From assembly GCA_965655315.1 (NCBI GenBank), contig CBFHGJ010000001.1:207907-271906 (forward strand): 64,000 nucleotides of DNA. The letters run 5' to 3'. Positions within the stretch are counted from its first letter, which is position 1, and every line of letters starts with the position of its first letter. This document shows, in pieces, positions 47,028 through 56,280 of this stretch. Origin of the DNA: Bacteroidia bacterium (GTDB taxonomy: Bacteria; Bacteroidota; Bacteroidia; NS11-12g; UBA9320). The notes beneath the pieces were generated by a model. The model was not told where the DNA came from. It saw only the letters and a program-made list of their open reading frames with translations, and made no database searches. A program made the position numbers and the translations under genes.

Positions 47028-48167
47028 ATGGATATTAAAATAGCATACCTCTCGCATAGGGGACGGTCAGATATGGAAGATGTGGTTGCTATGTTTTCTA
47101 AGGATGTAGGGCCAATCACATTTCAGTTAATTGATCATACGAATTCTTCAGAGTATTATTTACTGCATCGTGAACTTGAAAATATAGACTCGGAAAACTT
47201 TAAGAGACTGAGTAAGCTGATAAGGGAAGAAGTTGGATTAAAGGACGATGATGTTCTAGTTATTGTTTCACCTCGAGAACTTAATTCTCCATATAAACTT
47301 GAGAACTCATTTAAAAACTGGGTGAGTTACTATATTAAGAACAATATTATTATTAGGTCTAGCGGCTACGATAAGGTGACCGAGGGTAAGCCATATCTCG
47401 GCGGAGCCTACCAAATCATTGAAAACCTATTTCAAAATTTGGGAGGGATTGACCTAGCTGTATTAGTGGAAAATGAAAGAATTCATTTCGAACCTGAAGG
47501 TTGCGTTAATGATTTCGCTGAGGAGTTTAAGCAGGTTAAATACAAAATGCGGTCTGGATTCATCTGTGAAAAATGCAAAGAAGCAGCGTTGAATTCAGAA
47601 TCATCCAGAATGGATAAGGGAGCACTCCATCAGATAGAAAATATCTTGAACAGAATCGGTAATCGACTGAAGGATAATTATACGATTAATTATACTCCTG
47701 ATGAGTTAAAGATTGAGGTAATACTTGAACGCAATCCACATAAACTTTACGCTCGTCCTAGATGTAGGATGAAAATTGGCAATAAAACAATCAATTTTGG
47801 AAGAAGAGGGGAGTTGATGACTGTTCGATACGTTTTTTACTTAATAAACCATAACCTACCAATAGGAAAATATGATTTCATTGGTGATGGAGTTTATAAT
47901 GATGCAGCAGAAAAGTATAAACTGCTGTATGAAAAAATACAGGGGAGTGTCACTTCAAAAACATTAGGGGATTACATTGATAACCTATCCAAACTTCATG
48001 ACAGAATATCAAACCGGATAATTAATGAGGTTCAGAATGATTACATAGGAGATCTATACAGCCTTAGATCATTAAAGACAAATAAAACTGACACCTGCTA
48101 TATTATCAATGTAGAGCCTGATAACATTGATATCCCAGAAGAGCTTATGGAATTCAGAGTAGCATAA
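47028..48167 (+). CDS. hypothetical protein, possible TIR-like N-terminal domain plus Cys-cluster middle region
   Basis: KIAYLSHRGRSDMEDVV resembles the TIR beta-A motif (FxSFRGEDTR); DDDVLVIVSPRELNSPYKLENSF resembles TIR beta-C/alpha-C; CEKC and RPRCR Cys pairs. Confidence 0.3.
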   Translation: MDIKIAYLSHRGRSDMEDVVAMFSKDVGPITFQLIDHTNSSEYYLLHRELENIDSENFKRLSKLIREEVGLKDDDVLVIVSPRELNSPYKLENSFKNWVSYYIKNNIIIRSSGYDKVTEGKPYLGGAYQIIENLFQNLGGIDLAVLVENERIHFEPEGCVNDFAEEFKQVKYKMRSGFICEKCKEAALNSESSRMDKGALHQIENILNRIGNRLKDNYTINYTPDELKIEVILERNPHKLYARPRCRMKIGNKTINFGRRGELMTVRYVFYLINHNLPIGKYDFIGDGVYNDAAEKYKLLYEKIQGSVTSKTLGDYIDNLSKLHDRISNRIINEVQNDYIGDLYSLRSLKTNKTDTCYIINVEPDNIDIPEELMEFRVA

Positions 48168-48231
48168 AGTCGAAATTATCTGTCGCGCGACACTTGAGGA
48201 TAAGGGTTGAAAATAGGGCCACCTTGGCTCT

Positions 48232-49842
48232 ATGTTTATCAAGAATTACACATCCGCAGAACTTAACATCAACGAAGTAAAAGTAGTTGAAGTATTAAGT
48301 AGTTTCTACGATCATCAAGATCAAAAATCAGAAGAGCAGCTAAGTTACTCTTTAAAGTCCAATGGTCAACTGTTACCACTTACAGTCTCAGCAAAAAATG
48401 AACTGATTGATGGGTATCGAAGACTTAATCTACTGCGTAGATTAGGAGTGAAGTCCGTCAAAGTTCAAATTGTAGATGAGCAACCTACACTTGAGTTGAG
48501 AGTGGCTTTGAACACTACTAGGATAAAAACGGAAAACGACCTAACTAAAGAGGTCATTCAAATCTTTAAATCTGTACCCAAAAGACAGGGGAGAGGTAAA
48601 GGTGATGAAAAGTATAGTCGGTACGCCATTATTCAAGAGGAATTGGATTACCGTTGGAAATCTTCTACAGCAATTCGTCAGATTGACAAGATTATCGAGA
48701 ATGATTTCGAGGATAACCTCCTAATGAAAGGTATCGTAACAAAAGGTTGGACATTGACTGATTGTGAGCGATATGTTGGTGGCTTAAAGAAGCTTGACGT
48801 TGATCGTGAATTAGGATACACTGAAAAACTCAAAAAGGGAGAAATCAATATAAATGAGGCTGTCAAGTTCATCACAGAAACAGTTGTTCTAAGCACTGAA
48901 TACCAAGATACCTTTATCATTCCAGATAGATCTTCATCTTTCAATTTGAACTGTAGGGATATTAACCAGTTAGTTCAATTCAAAGGTCAAGTTCCATTTA
49001 TCTTTACGTCGATACCTTACTATTCGGTTCGATATTATAATACTGGTGAAGGGAGTGACCAGTTAGGGCACGAAAGAACGCCTGAACAGTTTGCTGCCAA
49101 CATTGGAAAAATCATTAGTAGGTTCGAATTCCTAATAAATCCCACATCAAATGTTATGATCAATATAGGAGAAACTTATAGAAATGGTTGTGCACTTGAT
49201 ATTCCAGGATTAGTAAAAAATGCAATCAAAGAACATACGGGACTCACTTATAAGGATACATTGATATGGAGTAAACCAAACCCTCATCCTCAAGGTGAAA
49301 AGGTGAATCGTCCTACGAATAATACCGAAGTAATACTCTGGTTTGTTGTAGATCCAGCTAAGTCCAAGTACAATCACCTGAAGTACACAGACGAGAAGAA
49401 ACAAATAGGTATTACCAAAGGAGCCAAGGATGTAAACCAAAATGGGGTTGTTTCAAAGAAATCCAAGTCTCTTTCAAAACCTTACAAGAAGATCTATAAC
49501 CATCTAGCAGCCCAAGATGTGAATAGAATGATCAAATGTGCTGTTGGAGGGAATAAGCCTGTTCAAGAAGCCTCTATCCTAAGTCACCCTGCAATGATGG
49601 CTGAGTTGTTACCTGTTGTGCCAATTTTAATGACGACAGACGAGAATGACCTAGTTTTTGATCCCTTCGGAGGTGTTAATACCACGGGTAGAATTGCCAA
49701 TCTGTTGAATCGAAGATATCTATCAACAGAACTAACATCTCAGTATTATCAAGTTGGATGTAAGGTTATGGAAAACGCACAGAAGGAGTTTAACCAGGAC
49801 GAATTATCAATAGTCCTAAATGAATTTAATGAAGCAGCATAA
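48232..49842 (+). CDS. ParB-like nuclease domain fused to an N6/N4 DNA methyltransferase domain
   Basis: LPLTVSAKNELIDGYRRLNLLRRLG is a ParB/Srx DGxxR motif; FIFTSIPYY is a motif IV variant; DPFGGVNTTGRIANLLNRRYLSTEL is a DPFxGSGTT AdoMet motif. Confidence 0.7.
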   Translation: MFIKNYTSAELNINEVKVVEVLSSFYDHQDQKSEEQLSYSLKSNGQLLPLTVSAKNELIDGYRRLNLLRRLGVKSVKVQIVDEQPTLELRVALNTTRIKTENDLTKEVIQIFKSVPKRQGRGKGDEKYSRYAIIQEELDYRWKSSTAIRQIDKIIENDFEDNLLMKGIVTKGWTLTDCERYVGGLKKLDVDRELGYTEKLKKGEININEAVKFITETVVLSTEYQDTFIIPDRSSSFNLNCRDINQLVQFKGQVPFIFTSIPYYSVRYYNTGEGSDQLGHERTPEQFAANIGKIISRFEFLINPTSNVMINIGETYRNGCALDIPGLVKNAIKEHTGLTYKDTLIWSKPNPHPQGEKVNRPTNNTEVILWFVVDPAKSKYNHLKYTDEKKQIGITKGAKDVNQNGVVSKKSKSLSKPYKKIYNHLAAQDVNRMIKCAVGGNKPVQEASILSHPAMMAELLPVVPILMTTDENDLVFDPFGGVNTTGRIANLLNRRYLSTELTSQYYQVGCKVMENAQKEFNQDELSIVLNEFNEAA

Positions 49843-51406
49843 GATGAAAGTAAGAAAGTATACATATAGGGTTGCAATACCAATGAACATCGATGCAGAA
49901 TCTCTTGTGCAAGAACTAAATATTGAATCTAGATTAACTCAAAAGACAGTGAAAAATAAGATAGTTAGGGTGATATCTAGACTAACTAGAACACATCGAA
50001 ACTCAAGATACTTTTACCATGATAACCATATCAGAATTTGCTCCAAGGAATTACAAAAAATACTAAACAGAGATTACGAAAAAGTATTAAATCTCCTAAA
50101 AACAGAAGGCATAATTGAAAATGGAAAAGATTATCTCCCTGGTGACAGATGCAGCAAATATCGATTAAAACACAAGTGTCAATATGTTAAATATAAATAC
50201 AAAACCATCACCATAAGACAAAAGGAGATTGAGAGTAAAACAAAACTATTAGACTCATACTTCAATGATAAAATCACTATAAAGAGTGATGATATTTATC
50301 CTAAACTCATAAAGTTTTACTCGGAAGTAGAAAAACAACTAAAAACACCTAAACAAATCAAAATACTTAAAAATTGGATAGGTATGATGTTACTGTTGAT
50401 AGAAGATATCGACAAAAATGAATTTTGGAAAAGTAGATCAGCATCAAATAAAAGATACAATTCTTCAATAACCAATATATCAAAGAAATTCAGAGGATAT
50501 CTAAAATATGACAATCAGCAACTGATTCAAGTAGATGTAAAATCTAGTCAGGTTTATGTATTAGCTAGTTTGCTTAATCATCAATTCTTTAAACAAAAAG
50601 GAGATTATTCATTCTATAGATTAACAAAAGATCTAATTGATAAGAAAACAAGAAAAGAGGTTATGCTTTACATGTTTTCCACATTAATGTTTGCGCAATT
50701 TTCTAGTAAACCTATAGGAGATATTTCCCCGGACACCTTAGATCATGAGGAATTTAAAAAGTTTCGAGACGCACCATTTTCTGAAGATTTCTATTCCCAC
50801 ATTTGTCATTTGGAAAATAACTCATTCCCAAGTTCAGAAGAAAGAGATGCAATTAAGTCTGGCATCATGTATCTACTCTTTCAAGACTTGTATGCACATC
50901 GTAAAAATGTTGAAAGTGTTAAACTATTCAAGCGAATTTATCCATTTGTAAACAGGTGTATAGAACGCCTTCTTTCAGATATTGGCAAGTCAAATTTCGC
51001 CTTGTTTCTCCAGAGGGCTGAAAGTTACCTAGTTCTTGATTGTATTGTACCTGAGTTTCACAGATTGTGTCCTGAAGCTCCAATTTTTACAATTCACGAT
51101 TCAATTCTAACAACTCAGAAATACAAGGATCAGTTATATGATGTTATGAATACGGTTTTAACTGAGAGAACGGGTATTAAACCCGGATTGACAGTTGAAA
51201 ACATAAAAGAGATAGATTTTACGCAAGAATCTTATGTCATCGAAATGGTCAATAGAATAATAAAAGATTCCAAGCCGTCACGTTATAAAGAGCTCAAGAA
51301 TTCACTTCTGAAAAATTGTATTGAAAAAGCTGAAGAATTTATTTCGGAGTGGAACGTAACCAGTAACCATATATCGAATGATAAAAAGGATATGGAAGAG
51401 AGCTGA
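49820..51406 (+). CDS. hypothetical protein with polymerase-like palm motifs (Pol I / T7-RNAP type)
   Basis: Motif A-like QVDVKSSQVYVLASLL (D239); motif B-like KKTRKEVMLYMFSTLMF (K279, Y284); motif C-like IFTIHDSI (H426 D427), in the canonical A-B-C order. Confidence 0.35.
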   Translation: MNLMKQHKMKVRKYTYRVAIPMNIDAESLVQELNIESRLTQKTVKNKIVRVISRLTRTHRNSRYFYHDNHIRICSKELQKILNRDYEKVLNLLKTEGIIENGKDYLPGDRCSKYRLKHKCQYVKYKYKTITIRQKEIESKTKLLDSYFNDKITIKSDDIYPKLIKFYSEVEKQLKTPKQIKILKNWIGMMLLLIEDIDKNEFWKSRSASNKRYNSSITNISKKFRGYLKYDNQQLIQVDVKSSQVYVLASLLNHQFFKQKGDYSFYRLTKDLIDKKTRKEVMLYMFSTLMFAQFSSKPIGDISPDTLDHEEFKKFRDAPFSEDFYSHICHLENNSFPSSEERDAIKSGIMYLLFQDLYAHRKNVESVKLFKRIYPFVNRCIERLLSDIGKSNFALFLQRAESYLVLDCIVPEFHRLCPEAPIFTIHDSILTTQKYKDQLYDVMNTVLTERTGIKPGLTVENIKEIDFTQESYVIEMVNRIIKDSKPSRYKELKNSLLKNCIEKAEEFISEWNVTSNHISNDKKDMEES

Positions 51407-51515
51407 GTCGATTAGGCATAACAGGGGTTGACTTTTAGAATAATTTCCTGTATACTTTATCGTATGTGTCTGATATAAAGACCATTATAACGTAAAATCT
51501 ATTATATATGACGGA

Positions 51516-51653
51516 ATGAACAAGCAAGATTCAATAAGAACAATCAAGGAGGAGCTAGCAGATGTTCCGAGAACAGACATAACGCTAATCATCAACCTTT
51601 TGAATAAATTAGCTCAAATTGAATACGACAATTACGTAAAACTAAACCAATGA
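51516..51653 (+). CDS. 45-aa ORF translationally coupled to the large serine recombinase (possible recombination directionality factor or regulator)
   Basis: MNKQDSIRTIKEELADVPRTDITLIINLLNKLAQIEYDNYVKLNQ; the stop overlaps the integrase ATG (ATGA). Confidence 0.3.
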   Translation: MNKQDSIRTIKEELADVPRTDITLIINLLNKLAQIEYDNYVKLNQ

Positions 51654-53212
51654 GAACAATTATCTACAAACGGGTAAGCACTGATGATCAAGCCGATCGA
51701 GGATATTCACTTCAACATCAGGAAAGTGTAATGAGACAATACTGTGAATTGAATAATTACCCTATTGTAAATATATACACTGAAGATTTTAGTGGTAAAG
51801 ATTTTAATCGTCCAGAATGGGTTAAAATTATAAATTATCTCAAGAAGAATAGGGGTGAGGTAGATCAGATATTATGTCTTCGTTGGGACCGTTGGTCAAG
51901 GAATCAATATTTGGCACTCAAAGAAATTAAAACACTAGAAAAATACGGAGTCCTCATATCAACGGTGGAACAGCCAATAGACCTTTCAAGCCCAGACAGT
52001 AAGGTGCTTTTGAGCTTATACCTGACACTCCCAGAAGTTGAAAACGATAAAAACAGTATTAGAACTACTGAAGGGATGAGGAGGTCGCGCATTGAAGGCT
52101 GTTGGACAGGTGCTGCTCCTCGTGGTTATGATAATTGCAAGATTGACAACAAGTCAACCTTAATACCAAACGAGGCTGCACCATACATAAAAGAATGTTT
52201 CGAAAGATTTGCTCTAGGAATATATTCAGCCAATGAAGTTAGAAAGTACATTAATGGAAAGAAGTATTCTTATAAACGTGGAACATTCTACTTGAGTAAA
52301 TCAACCTTCTATAATACAATCCGGAATATTGCATACACAGGTAAAATAAAAGTAAAAGCGTGGAAGAAAGAACCGGAGCAAATAATAGTTGGTCGTCACC
52401 CTCCGATAGTGTCTGACGTCCTTTTTAAGAGGGCCAATGATTATCTGGAGGGAAGGGTTAGAAATTGTGACTTTAAATCTGAAAAAAGTGACCTATACCC
52501 TTTAAAAGGATTTATGAGATGTTCCAAACACGATCGTGCTATTACCGCGTATAAATGTCAAAGTAGAAATAAAACTTGGCACCATTACTATCTGTGTACT
52601 AAACCAAAATGTCGAAGGTTCAGAGTGGATTGGGCGCACGAACAGATTAAAAACCTTTTGGATAAGATCTCTTTTACTGCAGGTATGGTTAAGGTTTACA
52701 AATCGCAGCTTGAGGCACTGATAGATAGAGAGGATGTCACAAGAAAGACTGAAATCAAGCGATTAAATGAGTCAATTGAAAACTATGGTCGTCGACAATT
52801 AAAACTACAGAATTCTTTTCTTGATGGAGATATTACCTCCGTTGATTACAATGGGATGAAGTCCAGAATTGAGTCTGAGATTAGTGAAAAAAAGGATCAA
52901 CTATCAAATTTGAAGTCTGTAAAGAGTCCTTTTAAGGTGTATCTCAATAAAACTCTTCCAATGATTGAAAACCTAAGCCAGTATTGGGATGAGGCGGATG
53001 GTGAGACTAAAAGGAAAATTCTTGGTTGCATCTTTAAGGAAAACTTCGAAAATTTTGATTTTGAGAGTTGCAACCAGATATTCACTCCAGAGATTGAATC
53101 TATTCTGTTGGCCAGCAAGGTTTTGAGAAATGATGTAAATAAAAAGGAGGTCAAAAATGACCTCCTGTCTATAATGGCGCCCTCACCTGGACTCGAACCA
53201 GGGACCTATTGA
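51650..53212 (+). CDS. large serine recombinase (integrase)
   Basis: TIIYKRVSTDDQ catalytic Ser; recombinase domain; zinc ribbon CSKHDR...CTKPKC; coiled-coil; the 3' end overlaps tRNA-Asn. Confidence 0.85.
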   Translation: MRTIIYKRVSTDDQADRGYSLQHQESVMRQYCELNNYPIVNIYTEDFSGKDFNRPEWVKIINYLKKNRGEVDQILCLRWDRWSRNQYLALKEIKTLEKYGVLISTVEQPIDLSSPDSKVLLSLYLTLPEVENDKNSIRTTEGMRRSRIEGCWTGAAPRGYDNCKIDNKSTLIPNEAAPYIKECFERFALGIYSANEVRKYINGKKYSYKRGTFYLSKSTFYNTIRNIAYTGKIKVKAWKKEPEQIIVGRHPPIVSDVLFKRANDYLEGRVRNCDFKSEKSDLYPLKGFMRCSKHDRAITAYKCQSRNKTWHHYYLCTKPKCRRFRVDWAHEQIKNLLDKISFTAGMVKVYKSQLEALIDREDVTRKTEIKRLNESIENYGRRQLKLQNSFLDGDITSVDYNGMKSRIESEISEKKDQLSNLKSVKSPFKVYLNKTLPMIENLSQYWDEADGETKRKILGCIFKENFENFDFESCNQIFTPEIESILLASKVLRNDVNKKEVKNDLLSIMAPSPGLEPGTY

Positions 53213-53251
53213 TTAACAGTCAACCGCTCTAACCAGCTGAGCTATGAAGGC
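53175..53251 (-). tRNA. tRNA-Asn (GTT)
   Basis: GCCTTCATAGCTCAGCTGGTTAGAGCGGTTGACTGTTAATCAATAGGTCCCTGGTTCGAGTCCAGGTGAGGGCGCCA: 7-bp acceptor stem, D and T arms, anticodon loop CTGTTAA, CCA encoded. Confidence 0.85.
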
Positions 53252-53367
53252 GTCTTGCTTTTCTTCAAAAGCGAGTGCAAAGATAGTTTTTTACCTTAAT
53301 TCTAAAATGTTTTTCAAATTATTTTAGAAATATTTTGATAACTCAAGAGGAGCAAGATTCAGTAGTA

Positions 53368-54270
53368 CTATTTTAGTAAAACTCCTAATTTAAAATTGAT
53401 ACAACCAGCTAATCCGTCTCCCTGAAATGATGAAAAAGCGTAGTTGTTTGTATAATCAAAGTAGTCGAAGGTTTCATACCCAGGAGGGATGTTTGTACTC
53501 TCATCGGCAGACTTAAATCCATAACCTAAGCCTCCATTTAATTCAATTGAAATAAGATCTCCAAATACTATTTGCCTTCCCACTTGTAGCAGGATAGCAC
53601 CTTGTGTAACCTCAGTCTCTTGAGAGTAGTCTATTGATTCTCCTGTATTGTAGCTGTATGCAACTCCATCAGTAGTGCTAGTAAAATAAGACAGGCCTAT
53701 CGTAGGTTTAACATATAAGCCAGTCATTCGATGAGAATTACGTAGCTTTCTTAGGTGAAAATCTGGACCGGCATATAATTTATATCCTGCAGTTATCACA
53801 GCACCTCTATCAGTGCTTTCATTTCCAAATAAACTAGTGTTGTTATTTCCCAGTCCAATGATTCCCAAAGTACCCTCAATACTATGTAGTGGTTTTCTGC
53901 TGTACTCAAAACCAAAGTCTGTGTAACCCTGTATTGGTGTAAATAGACCCAATTTTATTGCCATGTTTCGTTGCTTGCTATATTCTATATCAGCAATTAC
54001 ATCTTCATTGTTTTCGGGTTTTAGTGTTTCTCCGGTACTCAAGATTATAAAATCTACTAACTCATTGTCGACAGCGAGAACTATTCCTGGTCTGTCCGGA
54101 TAATAATATTTAACCTCTGTAGTATTCATCTCGGAAACTTTAGCAGAGATTATCTCTCCAGTTATCTTATGAATCTTGTCTAGTTTCTCTTCTATCTCTT
54201 GCCCATAACTAAATACTGATGTTAGAAGCAAACTAAGAACTAAGGTGAATGTGTTTAAAGCATTTTTCAT
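53368..54270 (-). CDS. outer-membrane beta-barrel-like hypothetical protein
   Basis: Signal peptide MKNALNTFTLVLSLLLTSVFSYGQ; Gly/Tyr-rich alternating pattern; C-terminal FKLGVLLK. Confidence 0.5.
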   Translation of the reverse strand: MKNALNTFTLVLSLLLTSVFSYGQEIEEKLDKIHKITGEIISAKVSEMNTTEVKYYYPDRPGIVLAVDNELVDFIILSTGETLKPENNEDVIADIEYSKQRNMAIKLGLFTPIQGYTDFGFEYSRKPLHSIEGTLGIIGLGNNNTSLFGNESTDRGAVITAGYKLYAGPDFHLRKLRNSHRMTGLYVKPTIGLSYFTSTTDGVAYSYNTGESIDYSQETEVTQGAILLQVGRQIVFGDLISIELNGGLGYGFKSADESTNIPPGYETFDYFDYTNNYAFSSFQGDGLAGCINFKLGVLLK

Positions 54271-54496
54271 GATGTTTTTAAATTGTTTGTTAGTACAAAG
54301 GAATAGTCTAGACAATACCTTTGATAATTGCAAATTAGCATTTGATTGACATAGATATCAAAGTCTTTGAAAATATGACAATAATTGGATTTAGTTCTGA
54401 AGAAATATTTGAAATTTACTGCTGATAACGCTGTATTTGCATTTAATAAGATTGTCTTCCGAAATTCAAATTACGTTTATTGTAATTCACTAATAT

Positions 54497-55258
54497 TTAG
54501 CCAGCAAAGAGGCTGCAACTACCCAGATTTTGCACCTTAGCTGTTATTTTGGTACCAGATTCTACAAATACCGCTGGTGTTGCTGCACCGGCGAGTAATA
54601 TATTTCCTTCTTTGAACTCTTGACCATATTTTGCTGCAAGTCTAGATGCATTACAGATGGATAAATATGGATTATCCAAGATTGCATTACTACTATCTTG
54701 CTGCTTAACTTCTTTATCAAAAGATAAGCTAATAGTTAAATCGTTCAACGATTCTGGTAACGGTTGCCACGCTCCAAGTACAAAAGCAGATGAAGAGCAA
54801 TTGTCGGCAATAACATCTTCCAATGAAAATTTAAAATTTTGATATCGTGAATCAATAATTTCTATAGCTGGGGCACAGGATTGTATGTAATCTGGAATTT
54901 CTTCCAATGAAATCTCTTTATCCAAATCCTTTTTTAGAAGAAAAGCTATTTCAGGTTCAGCCCTTGGGTGTATAAATTTAGTTAAGTCTAAGGTGTCGCC
55001 ATCTTTGTACCACATCGCATCAGTAAGTCGACCCCATATCATATCGTGGACTCCCATTTGTTCCATTTTTGCGAATGATGTGAATCCTAGTTTCAAGCCA
55101 ACAAATTTTTCATTTCTCGAGTATCGTTCTTCCAGGGATAATCGCTGTATTTCGTAGGCTTCCTCTTCTGAGAAGTTCGTCTTTTCTCCCCATTGGGGTA
55201 TTGCTTCTGCTGAGTGTGCAGCAGAGTCTAGTTTTTTAGCTATATCTAGGTGATTCAT
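54497..55258 (-). CDS. 2-keto-4-pentenoate hydratase / 2-oxohepta-3-ene-1,7-dioate hydratase family protein
   Basis: GLKLGFTS...AEPEIAFLL hydratase/decarboxylase family motifs; internal start at MNHLDIAKKL. Confidence 0.55.
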   Translation of the reverse strand: MNHLDIAKKLDSAAHSAEAIPQWGEKTNFSEEEAYEIQRLSLEERYSRNEKFVGLKLGFTSFAKMEQMGVHDMIWGRLTDAMWYKDGDTLDLTKFIHPRAEPEIAFLLKKDLDKEISLEEIPDYIQSCAPAIEIIDSRYQNFKFSLEDVIADNCSSSAFVLGAWQPLPESLNDLTISLSFDKEVKQQDSSNAILDNPYLSICNASRLAAKYGQEFKEGNILLAGAATPAVFVESGTKITAKVQNLGSCSLFAG

Positions 55259-55353
55259 TGCTGCGAATTTACAAGTAGAAATGTGTATTACTTGGTAAAA
55301 GTGCAAATTTGGTAATGGGTATTTAAGCATAGGTAATAAGTACTTTTGTACCA

Positions 55354-56280
55354 ATGAGTTTACTAGTAATAGGAAGTGTGGCTTTTGACGCGATTGAAAC
55401 GCCATTTGGCAAAACAGATAAAATTATAGGCGGAGCCGCAACATATATAGCACTTAGTAGTAGTTATTTTGGAAGTAACGTGAACTTGGTGGCGGTAGTT
55501 GGAGGGGATTTCCCCAAACAAGATATACAGCTACTGGAAAGCCACGGAGTGGATACCACCGGTTTACAAATCAAAGAAGATGGAAAATCATTCTTTTGGA
55601 GTGGGAAATATCATAACGATATGAACAGTCGGGATACTCTCATCACTGAACTAAATGTGTTGGAGAACTTTGATCCAATTATACCAGAAGTATACCAATC
55701 TAGTGACTATGTGATGTTAGGTAACCTATCTCCTCAGGTACAACGCACCGTTATTGAACGTATGGAGAATAAACCGAAGTTGATAGCTATGGATACTATG
55801 AACTTTTGGATGGAAATAGCAAGAGAGGAGTTGGATAAAACTATAGCTATGGTTGATGTGCTTATCATAAATGACGAGGAAGCTCGTCAACTCAGCGGCG
55901 AATATTCACTTAAGACAGCAGCCAAGAAGATTATGGCAACGGGTCCCAAATACTTGATTATCAAAAAAGGAGAACACGGAGCACTCTTGTTTGATGAACA
56001 CTCAGTATACTTTTGCCCAGCTCTTCCGTTAGAATCTGTATTTGATCCAACAGGAGCAGGGGATACTTTTGCGGGCGGTTTTATCGGTTACCTAGCGGCT
56101 TCAGATGATATTTCTTTTGCCAATATGAAGCGAGCTGTGATTTATGGCAGTGCTATGGCAAGCTTCTGTGTAGAGAAGTTTGGCACCGAATCATTAATCA
56201 ATTTAGAACTGTCGGAAATCAATAGTAGAGTTCAAGAATTTATAGATTTAAGTCAGGTTGAAATTAGCTTAGAGTCTTGA
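55354..56280 (+). CDS. PfkB family carbohydrate kinase
   Basis: GGAATYIA at the N-terminus; DPTGAGDTFAGGF anion-hole motif. Confidence 0.8.
   Translation: MSLLVIGSVAFDAIETPFGKTDKIIGGAATYIALSSSYFGSNVNLVAVVGGDFPKQDIQLLESHGVDTTGLQIKEDGKSFFWSGKYHNDMNSRDTLITELNVLENFDPIIPEVYQSSDYVMLGNLSPQVQRTVIERMENKPKLIAMDTMNFWMEIAREELDKTIAMVDVLIINDEEARQLSGEYSLKTAAKKIMATGPKYLIIKKGEHGALLFDEHSVYFCPALPLESVFDPTGAGDTFAGGFIGYLAASDDISFANMKRAVIYGSAMASFCVEKFGTESLINLELSEINSRVQEFIDLSQVEISLES

Larger units (their letters stand above)
45144..53251. mobile_element. putative integrative element at tRNA-Asn (serine-recombinase type); may extend leftward to include the metal island
   Basis: tRNA-adjacent large serine recombinase, second serine recombinase, IS remnant, non-housekeeping cargo. 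Confidence 0.5.
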
